A stretch of 64,000 bases of DNA from Candidatus Latescibacterota bacterium (lineage in GTDB: Bacteria > Latescibacterota > UBA2968 > UBA8231), in contig CBDCXV010000002.1 in the NCBI GenBank assembly GCA_965223905.1, forward strand, positions 594,985 through 658,984. Direction: 5' to 3'. How positions within the stretch are numbered: position 1 is the stretch's first letter; the number at the start of each line of letters is the position of its first letter. The notes below the pieces were generated by a model. It made no database searches. It was not told the DNA's origin and saw only the letters and a list, made by a program, of their open reading frames with translations. The position numbers and the translations under genes were made by a program. This document shows positions 39,504-49,805 of this stretch, in pieces.

Positions 39504-41063
39504 ATGACCGGAACTCACGACCCTGCCACCCCGCCCTCCGGCGAAACCCGGTCGCGCGGCCAGCGCATCGGCCTGTGGCTCGGCCCGCTGCTGTTCGCGC
39601 TCACCCTGCTGCTCGACCTCGAGCCCGGCAGGCCGGAGATCACGCGCATGGCTGCGGTGGCCCTGCTCATGGCCGCCTGGTGGATCACCGACGCCTTTCC
39701 GCTCTTCGCGACCGCGCTGCTGCCTCTGCTCCTGTACCCCCTTCTCGGTATCGAGCAGACCCGGGCCACGGCCCCGATCTACTTCAACAGCACCATCGTC
39801 CTTTTCCTCGGCGGGTTCATGATCGCCCTGACCATGGAGAAGTGGGACGTCCACCGCCGCATCGCCCTGTGGGTCATCCGCTCGGTAGGCGGAGGACCGG
39901 CGCGGATCGTGCTGGGGTTCATGCTCGCCGCGGCCTTCCTGTCGATGTGGATCTCGAACACGGCCACGGCGATCATGATGATTCCGGTCGGCCTCGCGGT
40001 GATCCTGAGAATGGAGGAGCAGTTCGGGCGGGAGCGGACGCGCGCCTTCTCCGTGGCCGTCATGCTCGGGATCGCCTACGCCTGTTCCGCCGGGGGCATC
40101 GCCACCCTGGTGGGCACGCCCCCGAACCTCTCCCTGGAGCGGATCTTCCAGATCACCTTTCCGGAGGCGCCGCACCTATCGTTCGGGGTGTGGTTCGTTA
40201 TGGCCGCGCCCATCTCCGTGCTCATGCTCGCCTCCGCCTGGCTGCTGATCACGCAGGTCTTCTTCCGCATACCGGCCGAGGTCGCCGTCGACCGGGAGGT
40301 CCTCGAGTCGGAGGCCCGAAAGCTCGGCCCCGTCTCCTTCGAGGAGCGGGTAATCCTCGCGGTGTTCGCCGCCACCGCCCTGCTCTGGGTCTTCCGCGCG
40401 CCGATCGAGATCGGAGGGCTGACGATTCCCGGCTGGTCCGCCCTCCTGCCGTACGGCAACCTCATCGACGACGGCACCGTGGCGATCGCCATGGCCAGTC
40501 TCCTCTTCCTGGTGCCGGCCCGGTCTCCCGGGGCGAAGTCGCGGATGGTGATGGGGCCCGACGTGGTGCGCGGGCTGCCCTGGAACATCGTGCTGCTCTT
40601 CGGGGGAGGCTTCGCCCTCGCCCACGGCTTTCAGACCACCGGACTCGCCCGTTTCATCGGCGACGGCTTCAGCGGCCTCGGTTCGGTGCCGCCTTTGGTC
40701 CTCATCCTCGTCATCTGCCTGACGATCACCTTCCTCACGGAGCTCACCTCGAACACGGCAACCACCGAGATGGTGCTCCCCATCTTCGCGGCCGTCGCCG
40801 TGTCCGCCGGCGTTCACCCGCTGCTGCTGATGATCCCGGCGACGCTGTCCGCCTCGTGCGCCTTCATGATGCCGGTGGCCACGCCCCCCAATGCCGTGGT
40901 CTTCGGCAGCGACCGCGTCAAGGTCTCGGAGATGGCGCGGGTCGGCATCTTCCTCAATTTTGTCGGCGCCGTCGTCATCACCCTGGTTTTCCGCGCCATG
41001 GGCCCGCTCCTGTTCGGCATCGAGCCCGGGGTGCTGCCGGAGTGGGCAGGGGCGGGAGGCTGA
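39504..41063 (+). CDS. SLC13/DASS family Na+/dicarboxylate or sulfate symporter
   Basis: SMWISNTAT, GTPPN, TELTSNTAT and FMMPVATPPNA. Confidence 0.93.
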   Translation: MTGTHDPATPPSGETRSRGQRIGLWLGPLLFALTLLLDLEPGRPEITRMAAVALLMAAWWITDAFPLFATALLPLLLYPLLGIEQTRATAPIYFNSTIVLFLGGFMIALTMEKWDVHRRIALWVIRSVGGGPARIVLGFMLAAAFLSMWISNTATAIMMIPVGLAVILRMEEQFGRERTRAFSVAVMLGIAYACSAGGIATLVGTPPNLSLERIFQITFPEAPHLSFGVWFVMAAPISVLMLASAWLLITQVFFRIPAEVAVDREVLESEARKLGPVSFEERVILAVFAATALLWVFRAPIEIGGLTIPGWSALLPYGNLIDDGTVAIAMASLLFLVPARSPGAKSRMVMGPDVVRGLPWNIVLLFGGGFALAHGFQTTGLARFIGDGFSGLGSVPPLVLILVICLTITFLTELTSNTATTEMVLPIFAAVAVSAGVHPLLLMIPATLSASCAFMMPVATPPNAVVFGSDRVKVSEMARVGIFLNFVGAVVITLVFRAMGPLLFGIEPGVLPEWAGAGG

Positions 41064-41138
41064 GCCTTCGGCCGCGGTATCGCCGAGCCCGGGCTGCCGG
41101 CGCCGGGACAGCAACTCATCGCAACGAGGAGAGAACCC

Positions 41139-42314
41139 ATGATCGAGGGACCCCGCGCCTGCAGGCCGGAAGAGTTCGACGAGACCATCGCCCTGATCAA
41201 CGCCACCTTCCGCCCCGACTCGGACCAGAACATCCGCACCGACTACCCCCTGATCTTCAACCAGCAGGGACTCCGCTACATGCGCATCCTCAAGGTCGCG
41301 GGGGAGGTGGTCGCCCATGTCCCGGTGGCCCCGCGGCGGATCGTCGCAGGCGGCGACTCCTTCACCGCCGGCATCATCAGCCCCACCGTCACCCATCCCG
41401 GCCACCGCCACAAGGGGTACGCCACCCGCTGCCTGCGCGACTGCGTGCGCATCATGGAGGAGAGCGGCTGGCCCGTGTCGGTGCTGTGGACGCAGCACGC
41501 CACCTTCCCCTTCTACCACCACTCCGGGTGGGAGGCGGTGGACAACCAGGGGTGGATGTATATCCTCGCGCCCGGCGACGCGGTGTTGTTCGACCGGAGG
41601 GACTTCGAGATCGTCCCCTTCGATCCGGCCCGCCCCGGGCACCTCGACGCCGTCATCCGCTTCCACGACGGGGAATCCTGCCGCGTCGCCCGCACCAGGG
41701 AGGAGTACGCCGCCCTGCTGACGCTGCCGAAGATCGATACGCGGGTTGCCCTGGCCGGCGCCGAGGTGGCCGGCTATCTGTGCGTGGGGTCGGGAAGGAA
41801 CAAGCCGGGCCTGATCGAGGCGGGCGGAAGCCCCGGCGCGGTGGAAGCCCTGGTGGCGGAGGCGGCGAGGACCCACGGCCCGGTCCAGGCCATAACGAAC
41901 CTGACCCCCTCAGTGCTGGACGACCTCCTCGCTGCCCATGTGGGATTTTCGCGGAAGCCGGTCGAGCATGCCGCCGGCGTCGGCCCCCAGATGATGCGGA
42001 TCAACAGCCTGGGCCTGCTGCTGAGGAGCATCGAGAGCCACCTGCGCTCGAGGTCGGCCGGTCTCTCAGGCGCCGTGTCGCTGGAGTGCACGGACACCGG
42101 CGAGGTGGTCACCCTGGCCTTCCGCGACGGCGCGGTCCGGTTCGACTCGGGTCCGGCTTCCGACAGGGCGGTCCTGAACGCGCGGCAGATGGTGCAGCTG
42201 ATCTTCGGGTCACATTCCTCCTGCGAGCCGCTGGATCTGCCCGCGGGCGCGGCCGACCTGTTGGGCAGGCTGTTTCCCTTCTATTTCCCGATCTGGGAGC
42301 TCGACCACTCGTAG
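41139..42314 (+). CDS. GNAT acetyltransferase, Eis-like
   Basis: VTHPGHRHKGYA and FYHHSGWE; SCP2-like C-terminus. Confidence 0.8.
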   Translation: MIEGPRACRPEEFDETIALINATFRPDSDQNIRTDYPLIFNQQGLRYMRILKVAGEVVAHVPVAPRRIVAGGDSFTAGIISPTVTHPGHRHKGYATRCLRDCVRIMEESGWPVSVLWTQHATFPFYHHSGWEAVDNQGWMYILAPGDAVLFDRRDFEIVPFDPARPGHLDAVIRFHDGESCRVARTREEYAALLTLPKIDTRVALAGAEVAGYLCVGSGRNKPGLIEAGGSPGAVEALVAEAARTHGPVQAITNLTPSVLDDLLAAHVGFSRKPVEHAAGVGPQMMRINSLGLLLRSIESHLRSRSAGLSGAVSLECTDTGEVVTLAFRDGAVRFDSGPASDRAVLNARQMVQLIFGSHSSCEPLDLPAGAADLLGRLFPFYFPIWELDHS

Positions 42315-42583
42315 CGTCCGGCCCGCAGAATCCTGTCGCCATGACTGTATCGAACGAGGCAAGGAAGCTCGACTGAGACCAAAGCCGCCCGCATCCGTGG
42401 TTGCTGCCGCCGAAGGGCTCAACCGCAAAATCCAACTGTTCGGCGAACACCGGGGAACACATGACCGATGGACACGTCGTAGATTAATAAGCTCCGAGGG
42501 TTGAAAATCGCGGAAGTTGAAATGCAGTTCGCCGGCAGCGCGCGCGCTGCCCTTTCCCTTCAACAAGAACCAGGAGGTTCTTC

Positions 42584-43222
42584 ATGCGCCGGATCCTGTC
42601 ATCACTCGTGTTCCTCTGCCTTCTCGTCCTACCCCTCTCCGCCCAGGAGGAAGCCCTCCACGGCACCTGGGAGGGGAGCTTCGTGGACGAGGAAGGCAAC
42701 GCGATCACCATGCGCCTGTCCTTTGAGGAGGATGGCGCCTTCGAGCTCAACCAGGTCGTCGAGCTGGGAGAAGACTTCCAGTCCGTTGTCGGAGCCACGG
42801 AAATACCCGTGGAGGAGATCACCGCCCAGGGCATCGGCACCTACGAGGTCGACGGCGACAAGCTCTCCGTCGATATCACCGAGGTGGAAATGCTCGTCGG
42901 CGACCGGGACTTCTTCGAGGTCCTCGCCGAGGTCGCCCGCGCCCTGGCCCGTTTTGCCGCGGACTTTGCCGGAGTCTCCGAAGAGGACTACCCGGCCTTC
43001 GAGCAGAACTTCGTCGACGAGTTCCTCGCCGGAATGGACGAGGACGAGTTCCTTGCCGGATTCGAGGAGGAGGTCACCTACGCCATCGAGGGTGACACCC
43101 TGTTCATCACGTCTCCCACGGAGGACGGGGGAGAAGAAACCTCGGAATACCAGCGCGTCGACGTCGGCACTGCCGTGGCCGGGACGACCTGGGGCGGTCT
43201 GAAAGCGAATTGGCGTCCGTGA
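42584..43222 (+). CDS. Acidic secreted protein with C-terminal TAVxxxTWGxLK tail
   Basis: RBS AGGAGG; signal peptide; lipocalin-like LHGTW; ends TAVAGTTWGGLKANWRP. Confidence 0.8.
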   Translation: MRRILSSLVFLCLLVLPLSAQEEALHGTWEGSFVDEEGNAITMRLSFEEDGAFELNQVVELGEDFQSVVGATEIPVEEITAQGIGTYEVDGDKLSVDITEVEMLVGDRDFFEVLAEVARALARFAADFAGVSEEDYPAFEQNFVDEFLAGMDEDEFLAGFEEEVTYAIEGDTLFITSPTEDGGEETSEYQRVDVGTAVAGTTWGGLKANWRP

Positions 43223-43276
43223 GCATGCGCCTCTCTCCGCCGGATTGATCCGGGACCTCCCCTCGCGATCGCTTCA

Positions 43277-43314
43277 GCCGGTACTGGCCCCCCGGGCCGG
43301 TACCGGCATTTTTT
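43277..43314 (+). terminator. Intrinsic terminator
   Basis: 14-bp stem GCCGGTACTGGCCC/GGGCCGGTACCGGC followed by ATTTTTT. Confidence 0.75.
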
Positions 43315-43637
43315 CTGCGTTCTTCTTCAGAAACAGATACGCAGACGCACGGCTCCCCTCATGCCGTTGTGACCGAACCGATGGTCGGGGTTGGGAACCA
43401 CCTGCGTTGGAAACGAAGCTCCGGTTTTCCTCCGGCTCCGCCATGGTCCCCAACCGCTCAAATCGCCCCGGTCGGATGGGAAGAGCCATCTCCTGCTCTC
43501 GCTCAGGCACCCTGCGAGCCGGACGCTTCGGCGAAAACGCGGTTTGTCCTCGCCCTCGTCCGTGCGCTTACTTACGCGCGCAGGACGCTGGCTGGCGACA
43601 TGGAATCCGGGATGACTACGGCAAGGAGATGGTCGCA

Positions 43638-44040
43638 ATGGCAACTGACGGACAGGAGACCGACGGGACTGCTGCATGGACCATCGGCAATGCAGGAGAC
43701 TTGACGATGGAAGGACGGCGAGAGGGAGGGACCTTGGTGGCGGAACTCGCTGGCCGCGTCGACGGGAGCCAACGCCCTTGAATTCCAGGATGCCCTGGAA
43801 AGCGTCCTCGACAAGGACGTAACCGCCCTGGTCCTGGACCTGGAGCGCCTTTCCTACATCAGCAGCGCCGGTCTCAGGGTCATGCTGTTTGCCTCAAAGA
43901 CACTTCTGGAAAAAGATGGGAAGTTTGCCGCGTGCTCCTTGGCGGATTCAATCGCTGCGGTGTTCAAGATAAGCGGCTTTGACCGGATCATTCCTGTTTT
44001 CGCCACCCGGTCCGAGGCGCTGACGGCGCTCAGCGAGTGA
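43638..44040 (+). pseudogene. STAS anti-sigma factor antagonist, frameshifted (possibly a sequence error)
   Basis: ...LAGRVDG | ANALEFQ...LDLERLSYISSAGLRV...FKISGFDRII; one extra base at ~43764-43767. Confidence 0.85.
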
Positions 44041-44112
44041 CTTGGGGCTGCGCCGCAGGGTCGAGCCACGCAGGGAATTTCCCAAAGTCCGATCGAACCG
44101 AACAGGTGAACC

Positions 44113-45801
44113 ATGGTCAAAATGACCGGGGGCGAAGCCTTGGTGAAGTCGCTGGTAAACGAAGGCGTCGAGGTCGTATTCGGGATCCCGGGCATCCATG
44201 TGTCGGGGGTCGTCGTCGCCATGCGCGAGGAAGCGGGCATCCGCATGATCACGACCCGCCACGAACTGGGAGCGGCGCACATGGCCGACGGCTATGCCCG
44301 CGTGTCGGGGAAACCGGGAGTGGCCCTGGTGGTCCCGGGCGCGGGCGTTTACAACGCCGCCGCGGGCGTGGCCACTGCCTACGCCCGATCCTCGCCCGTG
44401 CTCCTCATTGCCGGCCAGATCCCCCGCGGCCAGATCGGCCAGGACCTCGGGGCCATCCATGAAGTTGCGAACCAGGCCGAAGTGCTGCGCCCGGTGACCA
44501 AGTGGCGGCGGCAGGCGCTCAGGCCGAGGGAAATCCCGAATGCCGTGTCCGAAGCGTTCCGGCAGATGCGCAGCGGACGCCCCCGTCCCGTTCTCATCGA
44601 GATTCCGCCCGAGGCCGGCGTCGAGCAGGAGGAGGTTCAGCTGCGGAATCCGGCCCCGGTATCGCGAATCGTGCCGAGCCCGGAACAACTGCGGGAGGTT
44701 GCCGGCGTCATTGCCCGATCCCGGCTCCCCCTGATATTCGCCGGCGGCGGTGTGGTGCGATCGGGCGCGGAACAAGCCCTTGTTGAATTGGCGGAAGCGA
44801 CAAACATCCCCGTGGTCACCTCAGGCGGAGGCAAGGGGGCCATTCCCGACAGCCATCCGCTCTGTTACGGCTCGTGTCTCAGCCCCGCAGGAGAGAGATA
44901 CGAGATGAACCAGCTTTTTGAAGTGATGCAGTCCGCCGACGTCACGATAGGAATCGGGTCCCGTTTTTCGCTGGGCAATCCCGCGGGCGAGCCATGCACG
45001 TTGGTCAACATCAACATAGACGACGGCGAACTCACCAGGGTACAGTCCAACACCATCCCCCTGCATGGCGACGCCAAGGCCACCATCGAAGCGATGCTTC
45101 CTTTCCTTGTCGAGGCCCGGGCCGGAGATCGCCCGTCCCCCGTCGAGGCGGTCGTCGCGGCCCGGCGCCTGATAACCTACTACGACATCAGGCTCCAGGA
45201 GCCCCAGTACCCGATTCTGGAGACAATCAAGAACAGCATCCCGGAGGAGACTTTCACGGTGTGGGACGTCACGCAGTTCGGCTATTACTCCCGCACCCAT
45301 TACCAGGTGAACCAACCGAAGACCTACATCGATTCCGGCTACTCCTTCAACCTCGGCTATTCCTTCCCTACGGCGCTGGGCGCCAAGGTGGCCAGACCCG
45401 ACCGGCCCGTGGTGTGCGTCACCGGAGACGGCGGGTTCATGTTCAACGCAACCGAGCTTTCGACGGCGGTGAGATACGGGATAAACGCGATCACCATCGT
45501 CTTCCGGGACGACGCCTATGGAAACGTCGGCCGCGACCTGGACGAGTTCTTTGCCGGGACCTATGAAACGGACTTGCACAACCCGGACCTGGTAAAGTTC
45601 GCCGAGTCTTTCGGCGCGGTCGGCATGAGGGCAGACGACCCCATGGACTTGGCAACCCTGCTCCCGGAGGCGCTGGAACGCCAGGCGCCCGTGGTCATCG
45701 ACGTGCCCGTCGGAGACATGCCGCTGCCGCGTGCCAAGCAACATGCCCATCTGGCCGCCATTCCCTGGACGCACCCCCAGGACGGCCTGATCGTATCCTG
45801 A
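44113..45801 (+). CDS. Thiamine pyrophosphate-dependent enzyme (acetolactate synthase-like family)
   Basis: VFGIPG, RHE..A.HMADGYAR and GDGGF. Confidence 0.93.
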   Translation: MVKMTGGEALVKSLVNEGVEVVFGIPGIHVSGVVVAMREEAGIRMITTRHELGAAHMADGYARVSGKPGVALVVPGAGVYNAAAGVATAYARSSPVLLIAGQIPRGQIGQDLGAIHEVANQAEVLRPVTKWRRQALRPREIPNAVSEAFRQMRSGRPRPVLIEIPPEAGVEQEEVQLRNPAPVSRIVPSPEQLREVAGVIARSRLPLIFAGGGVVRSGAEQALVELAEATNIPVVTSGGGKGAIPDSHPLCYGSCLSPAGERYEMNQLFEVMQSADVTIGIGSRFSLGNPAGEPCTLVNINIDDGELTRVQSNTIPLHGDAKATIEAMLPFLVEARAGDRPSPVEAVVAARRLITYYDIRLQEPQYPILETIKNSIPEETFTVWDVTQFGYYSRTHYQVNQPKTYIDSGYSFNLGYSFPTALGAKVARPDRPVVCVTGDGGFMFNATELSTAVRYGINAITIVFRDDAYGNVGRDLDEFFAGTYETDLHNPDLVKFAESFGAVGMRADDPMDLATLLPEALERQAPVVIDVPVGDMPLPRAKQHAHLAAIPWTHPQDGLIVS

Positions 45802-45819
45802 CTTCCGAAGTTGCGGCGC

Positions 45820-46498
45820 CGACGCGCTGCTCCAGGCTCTTGGTGCAGCGCATCAGGTCGGCGAAGGGATCGTCGCCGTCGGTCGAGCCGTTGATGGCGC
45901 TGGTGATGACGGGGACCTTCGCCATGGCCATGGCGGGGCGGCATTCCCCCCGCAGCATGCGCAGAATCAGGCGCGCCGTGCGCTGGCCGGTGCCGTACTG
46001 GTCGCGGTGGGGATAGGTTTCCCAGCCCAACATGGCGTCGGCGTGGCGCACCATCTCCGCGGTGACGTTGGCGTGCAGATCGAGACAGGTGACGATGGGC
46101 CTGTCCGGTCCGACGATGCGGCGCACGGCGTGAATCATGTCCCCTTCCGGGTCGTCGTTCCCCTCTGCCAGGGCGGATCCGTGGATCGGCATCAGCACTC
46201 CGTCCACCGGAAGGGCATTTCGCAGGCCGTGGAGCAGTTCCCCGCGGAGCTGGGCGTAGCAGGAGGCGACGATCGGTCCGCCGGCGCAGGCGCTGGCGTA
46301 GAGCAGGGGAACGGCATCGGCGTTTCCCGCATTCAGCACGTTCAGCATGCCGCCCACCACGCTGGTATCGCAGGAGAGAACCTCTGCGCCGCGCAGCAGC
46401 TCGTTCTCCTCATAGGTCTTCAGGTCGATGGACAGACCGCCGAGGTGGTTGCACTCGGTGAGGATACCGCCGATGGCGATGCGGGGTCTTCTGGTCAT
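45820..46498 (-). pseudogene. M81-family metallopeptidase (MlrC-like), 3'-truncated
   Basis: RIAIGG..TECN, HGS...DDPEGD, LDLHAN and YPH.D. Only the N-terminal half is present before it runs into the convergent gene. Confidence 0.85.
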
Positions 46499-46699
46499 TG
46501 CGGTTCCTTGGCAGGTGGTTTCGGGAAGCGCCGATCTATAGCGCTGGGGAGGGTGTCACAGATTCAGGCAACCCGAAAGGCCTGGTGAAACCCGCGGGTA
46601 GCTGCCCCTGGCCCTTGCGCCGGGTTCCTTGAAAGAGGCTCCCAAAAAGTGCCTTATCTTACCTGATACATCCTGACACCCAAGGCTCCCAAACCAGCG

Positions 46700-48409
46700 A
46701 TGGCGAGAAGCAACGTATTGAACACGCGGACGATCAACTACCTGGAGTTGATCGGCAACGGCAAACAGTATCGCGTTCCTCCGTACCAGCGTGACTACTC
46801 CTGGTCGGAGGAGCAATGGGAGGACCTGTGGAACGACCTGATGGATCTGCGCAAGGATCCGGACGAACGCCACTATCTCGGCGCCCTGGTGGTGGAGGAG
46901 AGGGGTGACCGGGAGTTCCTGATCATCGACGGCCAGCAGAGGCTCGCCACTCTCAGCGTGCTTGCCCTGGCAGTGATCGCCCAGCTGCGCACCATGGCGG
47001 ACGGGGGGATCGATGCCAGCCCCAACAGCGAACGAGCGCAGGAGCTGCGCAACCGATTTATCGGAGAAAAGGATCCGGCGTCGCTCACCGAGAGCGGCCG
47101 GCTGTACCTGAACGAGACCGACAACGACTTCTATCAGGAATACCTGGTACAGATCAGGGAGCCGCGAAACCCGAGGCGCCTGCCGAAATCGAACCGGCTC
47201 CTGTGGCAGTGCTTTCGCACCTTCAAGAACCGCCTTCAAAAGCTGCCTGATCTGGAGCGGGACGGGAGAGCCCTGGCGAGTCTGCTCTCCGAAACCATAG
47301 CGCGGCAACTGCTGTTCATACTGATCACGGTCGACGATGAACTGAACGCCTACACGGTGTTCGAGACGCTCAATGCCCGCGGCCTGGAGCTGACCACCAC
47401 CGACCTGCTGAAGAACTATCTGTTCTCGCGGGTTCGCGTCGCCGCCGACCTCGAGGCGCTCCAGCGCCGCTGGCGCTGGCTCGTCGATACCGTGGAGCAG
47501 GAGCGGTTCCCGGAGCTGCTTCGATACCACCTGCTCTGTGAGCTGCCGAGGGTGCGCAGCCAACGGCTGTTCAAGCTGGTGCGGGACCGGACTACGACTC
47601 CTGACGACGTATTCGAGCTGCTCGAGGAGCTCGAGAGGCGCGCGGAGCTGTTCGTTGCGGTCTCCGATCCGAACCATGCCTATTGGGTGGAGCTGCCGGA
47701 CGCCAGGCCCTGCATCCGCGAGCTCAGCCTGTTCCGCGTACGCCAGATGATGCCGCTGTTGTTTACTGCCTGGGAATCGTTCTCACCCGGGGACTTCGTC
47801 CGCGTATTGCGGGTCGTCAGCGTGGTGTCATTTCGATACACGGTGGTCAGCGGCCTCAACCCGAGCGCCCTGGAAGCGGCGTTCCATGAGGCGGCAAAGT
47901 CTGTCAAGGATGGAGCGGCGACCACTCCCCCCGAAGTGTTCGAGCGCCTGAGACCGATCTACGTGGCGGATGAGAAGATGCGGCAGGATTTTGCCGGCCT
48001 GGCCGTCGGGACCAGCGGCAGGCAGAGGAAGTTGGCCAGGTATATCCTCGCTCGACTTGAACAGGACGTGGCAGGTAAAGCTTGCGATCCCGATACCGAC
48101 CCCGGCACCATCGAGCACGTCCTTCCGGAAAACCCCTCGGATGCATGGGGAAAGGTCTTCGATCCCGCGATGTGGGAAGCCTCGGCGTACCGGCTCGGCA
48201 ACCTTACCCTGCTCGAGTCGGCCGCCAACCGGCGCGTCGGCAACGCCGGGTATCGCGACAAGCTGGAGGTCTACGGGGGAAGCACCTATGCCCTCACCCG
48301 GCAGATCCCGCAGATGGCCCCCGAGGAATGGACCCCGGAGCTGCTGAACGAGCGCCAGATTCGCTTGGCGGCACGGGCGGTTCATCTCTGGCGATCCGAC
48401 TTCGCCTGA
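46700..48409 (+). CDS. DUF262/DUF1524 protein (GmrSD-like restriction endonuclease)
   Basis: VPPYQRDYSW, IIDGQQRL, FETLNARG and TIEHVLP...LGNLTLL. Confidence 0.9.
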   Translation: MARSNVLNTRTINYLELIGNGKQYRVPPYQRDYSWSEEQWEDLWNDLMDLRKDPDERHYLGALVVEERGDREFLIIDGQQRLATLSVLALAVIAQLRTMADGGIDASPNSERAQELRNRFIGEKDPASLTESGRLYLNETDNDFYQEYLVQIREPRNPRRLPKSNRLLWQCFRTFKNRLQKLPDLERDGRALASLLSETIARQLLFILITVDDELNAYTVFETLNARGLELTTTDLLKNYLFSRVRVAADLEALQRRWRWLVDTVEQERFPELLRYHLLCELPRVRSQRLFKLVRDRTTTPDDVFELLEELERRAELFVAVSDPNHAYWVELPDARPCIRELSLFRVRQMMPLLFTAWESFSPGDFVRVLRVVSVVSFRYTVVSGLNPSALEAAFHEAAKSVKDGAATTPPEVFERLRPIYVADEKMRQDFAGLAVGTSGRQRKLARYILARLEQDVAGKACDPDTDPGTIEHVLPENPSDAWGKVFDPAMWEASAYRLGNLTLLESAANRRVGNAGYRDKLEVYGGSTYALTRQIPQMAPEEWTPELLNERQIRLAARAVHLWRSDFA

Positions 48410-48438
48410 GCCCTCTCAGTCTTTAATCACCTTGGAGA

Positions 48439-49686
48439 ATGTCCGTGAACGAAACGCTGGTACGTGTTAATGCGAGTAGGGACGAGGAAGTGGAGATCCT
48501 GACCCGCCTGCAGTTGAAAAAAGGTGCGTCAGAAGGAAGTGTGGATGAAGGGACTCTCCGAGATCTTCTGTTCCGCCATCCACAAACACTGCCTATTTCC
48601 GCAATTCATTCCGCGTATGCCGGGATAGTTTCGGTTTGCAAGGAGTTGAGAACCCCGGCTGGTTCTGTGGACACGTTGTACGTCAATTCCAACGGCAGAC
48701 TCGTGATCGCCGAGTTCAAGCTCTGGCGCAACCCGCAGGCGAGGCGGGAGGTGATCGGTCAGATTCTCGACTACGCAAAGGATCTGGCTTCGTGGGGTTA
48801 CGAAGATCTGCAGCGTGAGATATCGCTGAACCTTGGAAAAACGGGAAATGTTCTTTACGAGCTGGTTCGCAAGGATTCCCCTGAACTGGACGAGGCCGAA
48901 TTCGTCGACAACGTCACACGACATCTGAAACGAGGTGAGTTTCTTCTGCTGATTGTCGGCGACGGTATTCGAGAGGGAGTGGAGAACATCGTCGATTTCG
49001 TACAGGGCCACAGCGGACTGAACTTCAACCTCGCGCTGGTCGAAACAGCACTGTACCGGGATGCCGTCGATAATCTTTTCGTTCAACCTCGCGTTCTGGC
49101 GCGCACTGAGATCGTACAACGCTTCGTCGTGGAGGGTGGAGTCGGTCCGGTAATTCCGGCTGATGTAGATGACGACAGTGATGTGGATAGGGAGGAGACA
49201 GGCTCGGATAAGCACCAGAAATATCTGCGGTTTTGGAATGCCGTTCTGATGAATTACGCCTTTTCGGATGTAACCGTAGATGTTCCGAAACCCACGAAAA
49301 AACCCGACCTGCGTGTTCAGGTGAGGAATTCGTCACTCAACGGTCGGGCTTTGAACTTTGTGGCCTATCTATATCGAAGTGGTGGAACAATCGGCTGCTA
49401 TCTTCACGTACGGAAGGACCAGATGCGGGAGGTTCGGATCTTTGGAGAGATCAGCGAATCACGCGAGGAACTTCGGAAGGAATTGGGTGAAGACCTGAAA
49501 GAATGGATTGATCCAGGAGACAAACCCAGAATCGGATTTTGGCGAAAATGCGATCTATCGTTTCTGGCCAACGGAGAAGAAGATGCCGATTTCCAGGATG
49601 CGGTCTCGTGGATGCGGGAGCATCTGAACCGTCTGGTCAGCGGACTTCACCCACGCCTGCAGACGATGCTCGCGGGTGAACACTGA
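48439..49686 (+). CDS. PD-(D/E)xK (NucS-like) nuclease domain with DUF4268-like C-terminus
   Basis: E..LR.LL..HP, D.LY...G.LVIAEFK, RREVIGQILDYA and YLRFW; visibly lower GC. Confidence 0.7.
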   Translation: MSVNETLVRVNASRDEEVEILTRLQLKKGASEGSVDEGTLRDLLFRHPQTLPISAIHSAYAGIVSVCKELRTPAGSVDTLYVNSNGRLVIAEFKLWRNPQARREVIGQILDYAKDLASWGYEDLQREISLNLGKTGNVLYELVRKDSPELDEAEFVDNVTRHLKRGEFLLLIVGDGIREGVENIVDFVQGHSGLNFNLALVETALYRDAVDNLFVQPRVLARTEIVQRFVVEGGVGPVIPADVDDDSDVDREETGSDKHQKYLRFWNAVLMNYAFSDVTVDVPKPTKKPDLRVQVRNSSLNGRALNFVAYLYRSGGTIGCYLHVRKDQMREVRIFGEISESREELRKELGEDLKEWIDPGDKPRIGFWRKCDLSFLANGEEDADFQDAVSWMREHLNRLVSGLHPRLQTMLAGEH

Positions 49687-49805
49687 CCCCTTTCCACTGT
49701 AATTCCGAAACATAATTTACCTATCCGTATCCAGGCCCGGTTCTGAAATGGGGATCGGGACGCCACCGCCATTCGCCTGTTACTTTGCCCTAAAGGAGCA
49801 TTGAA

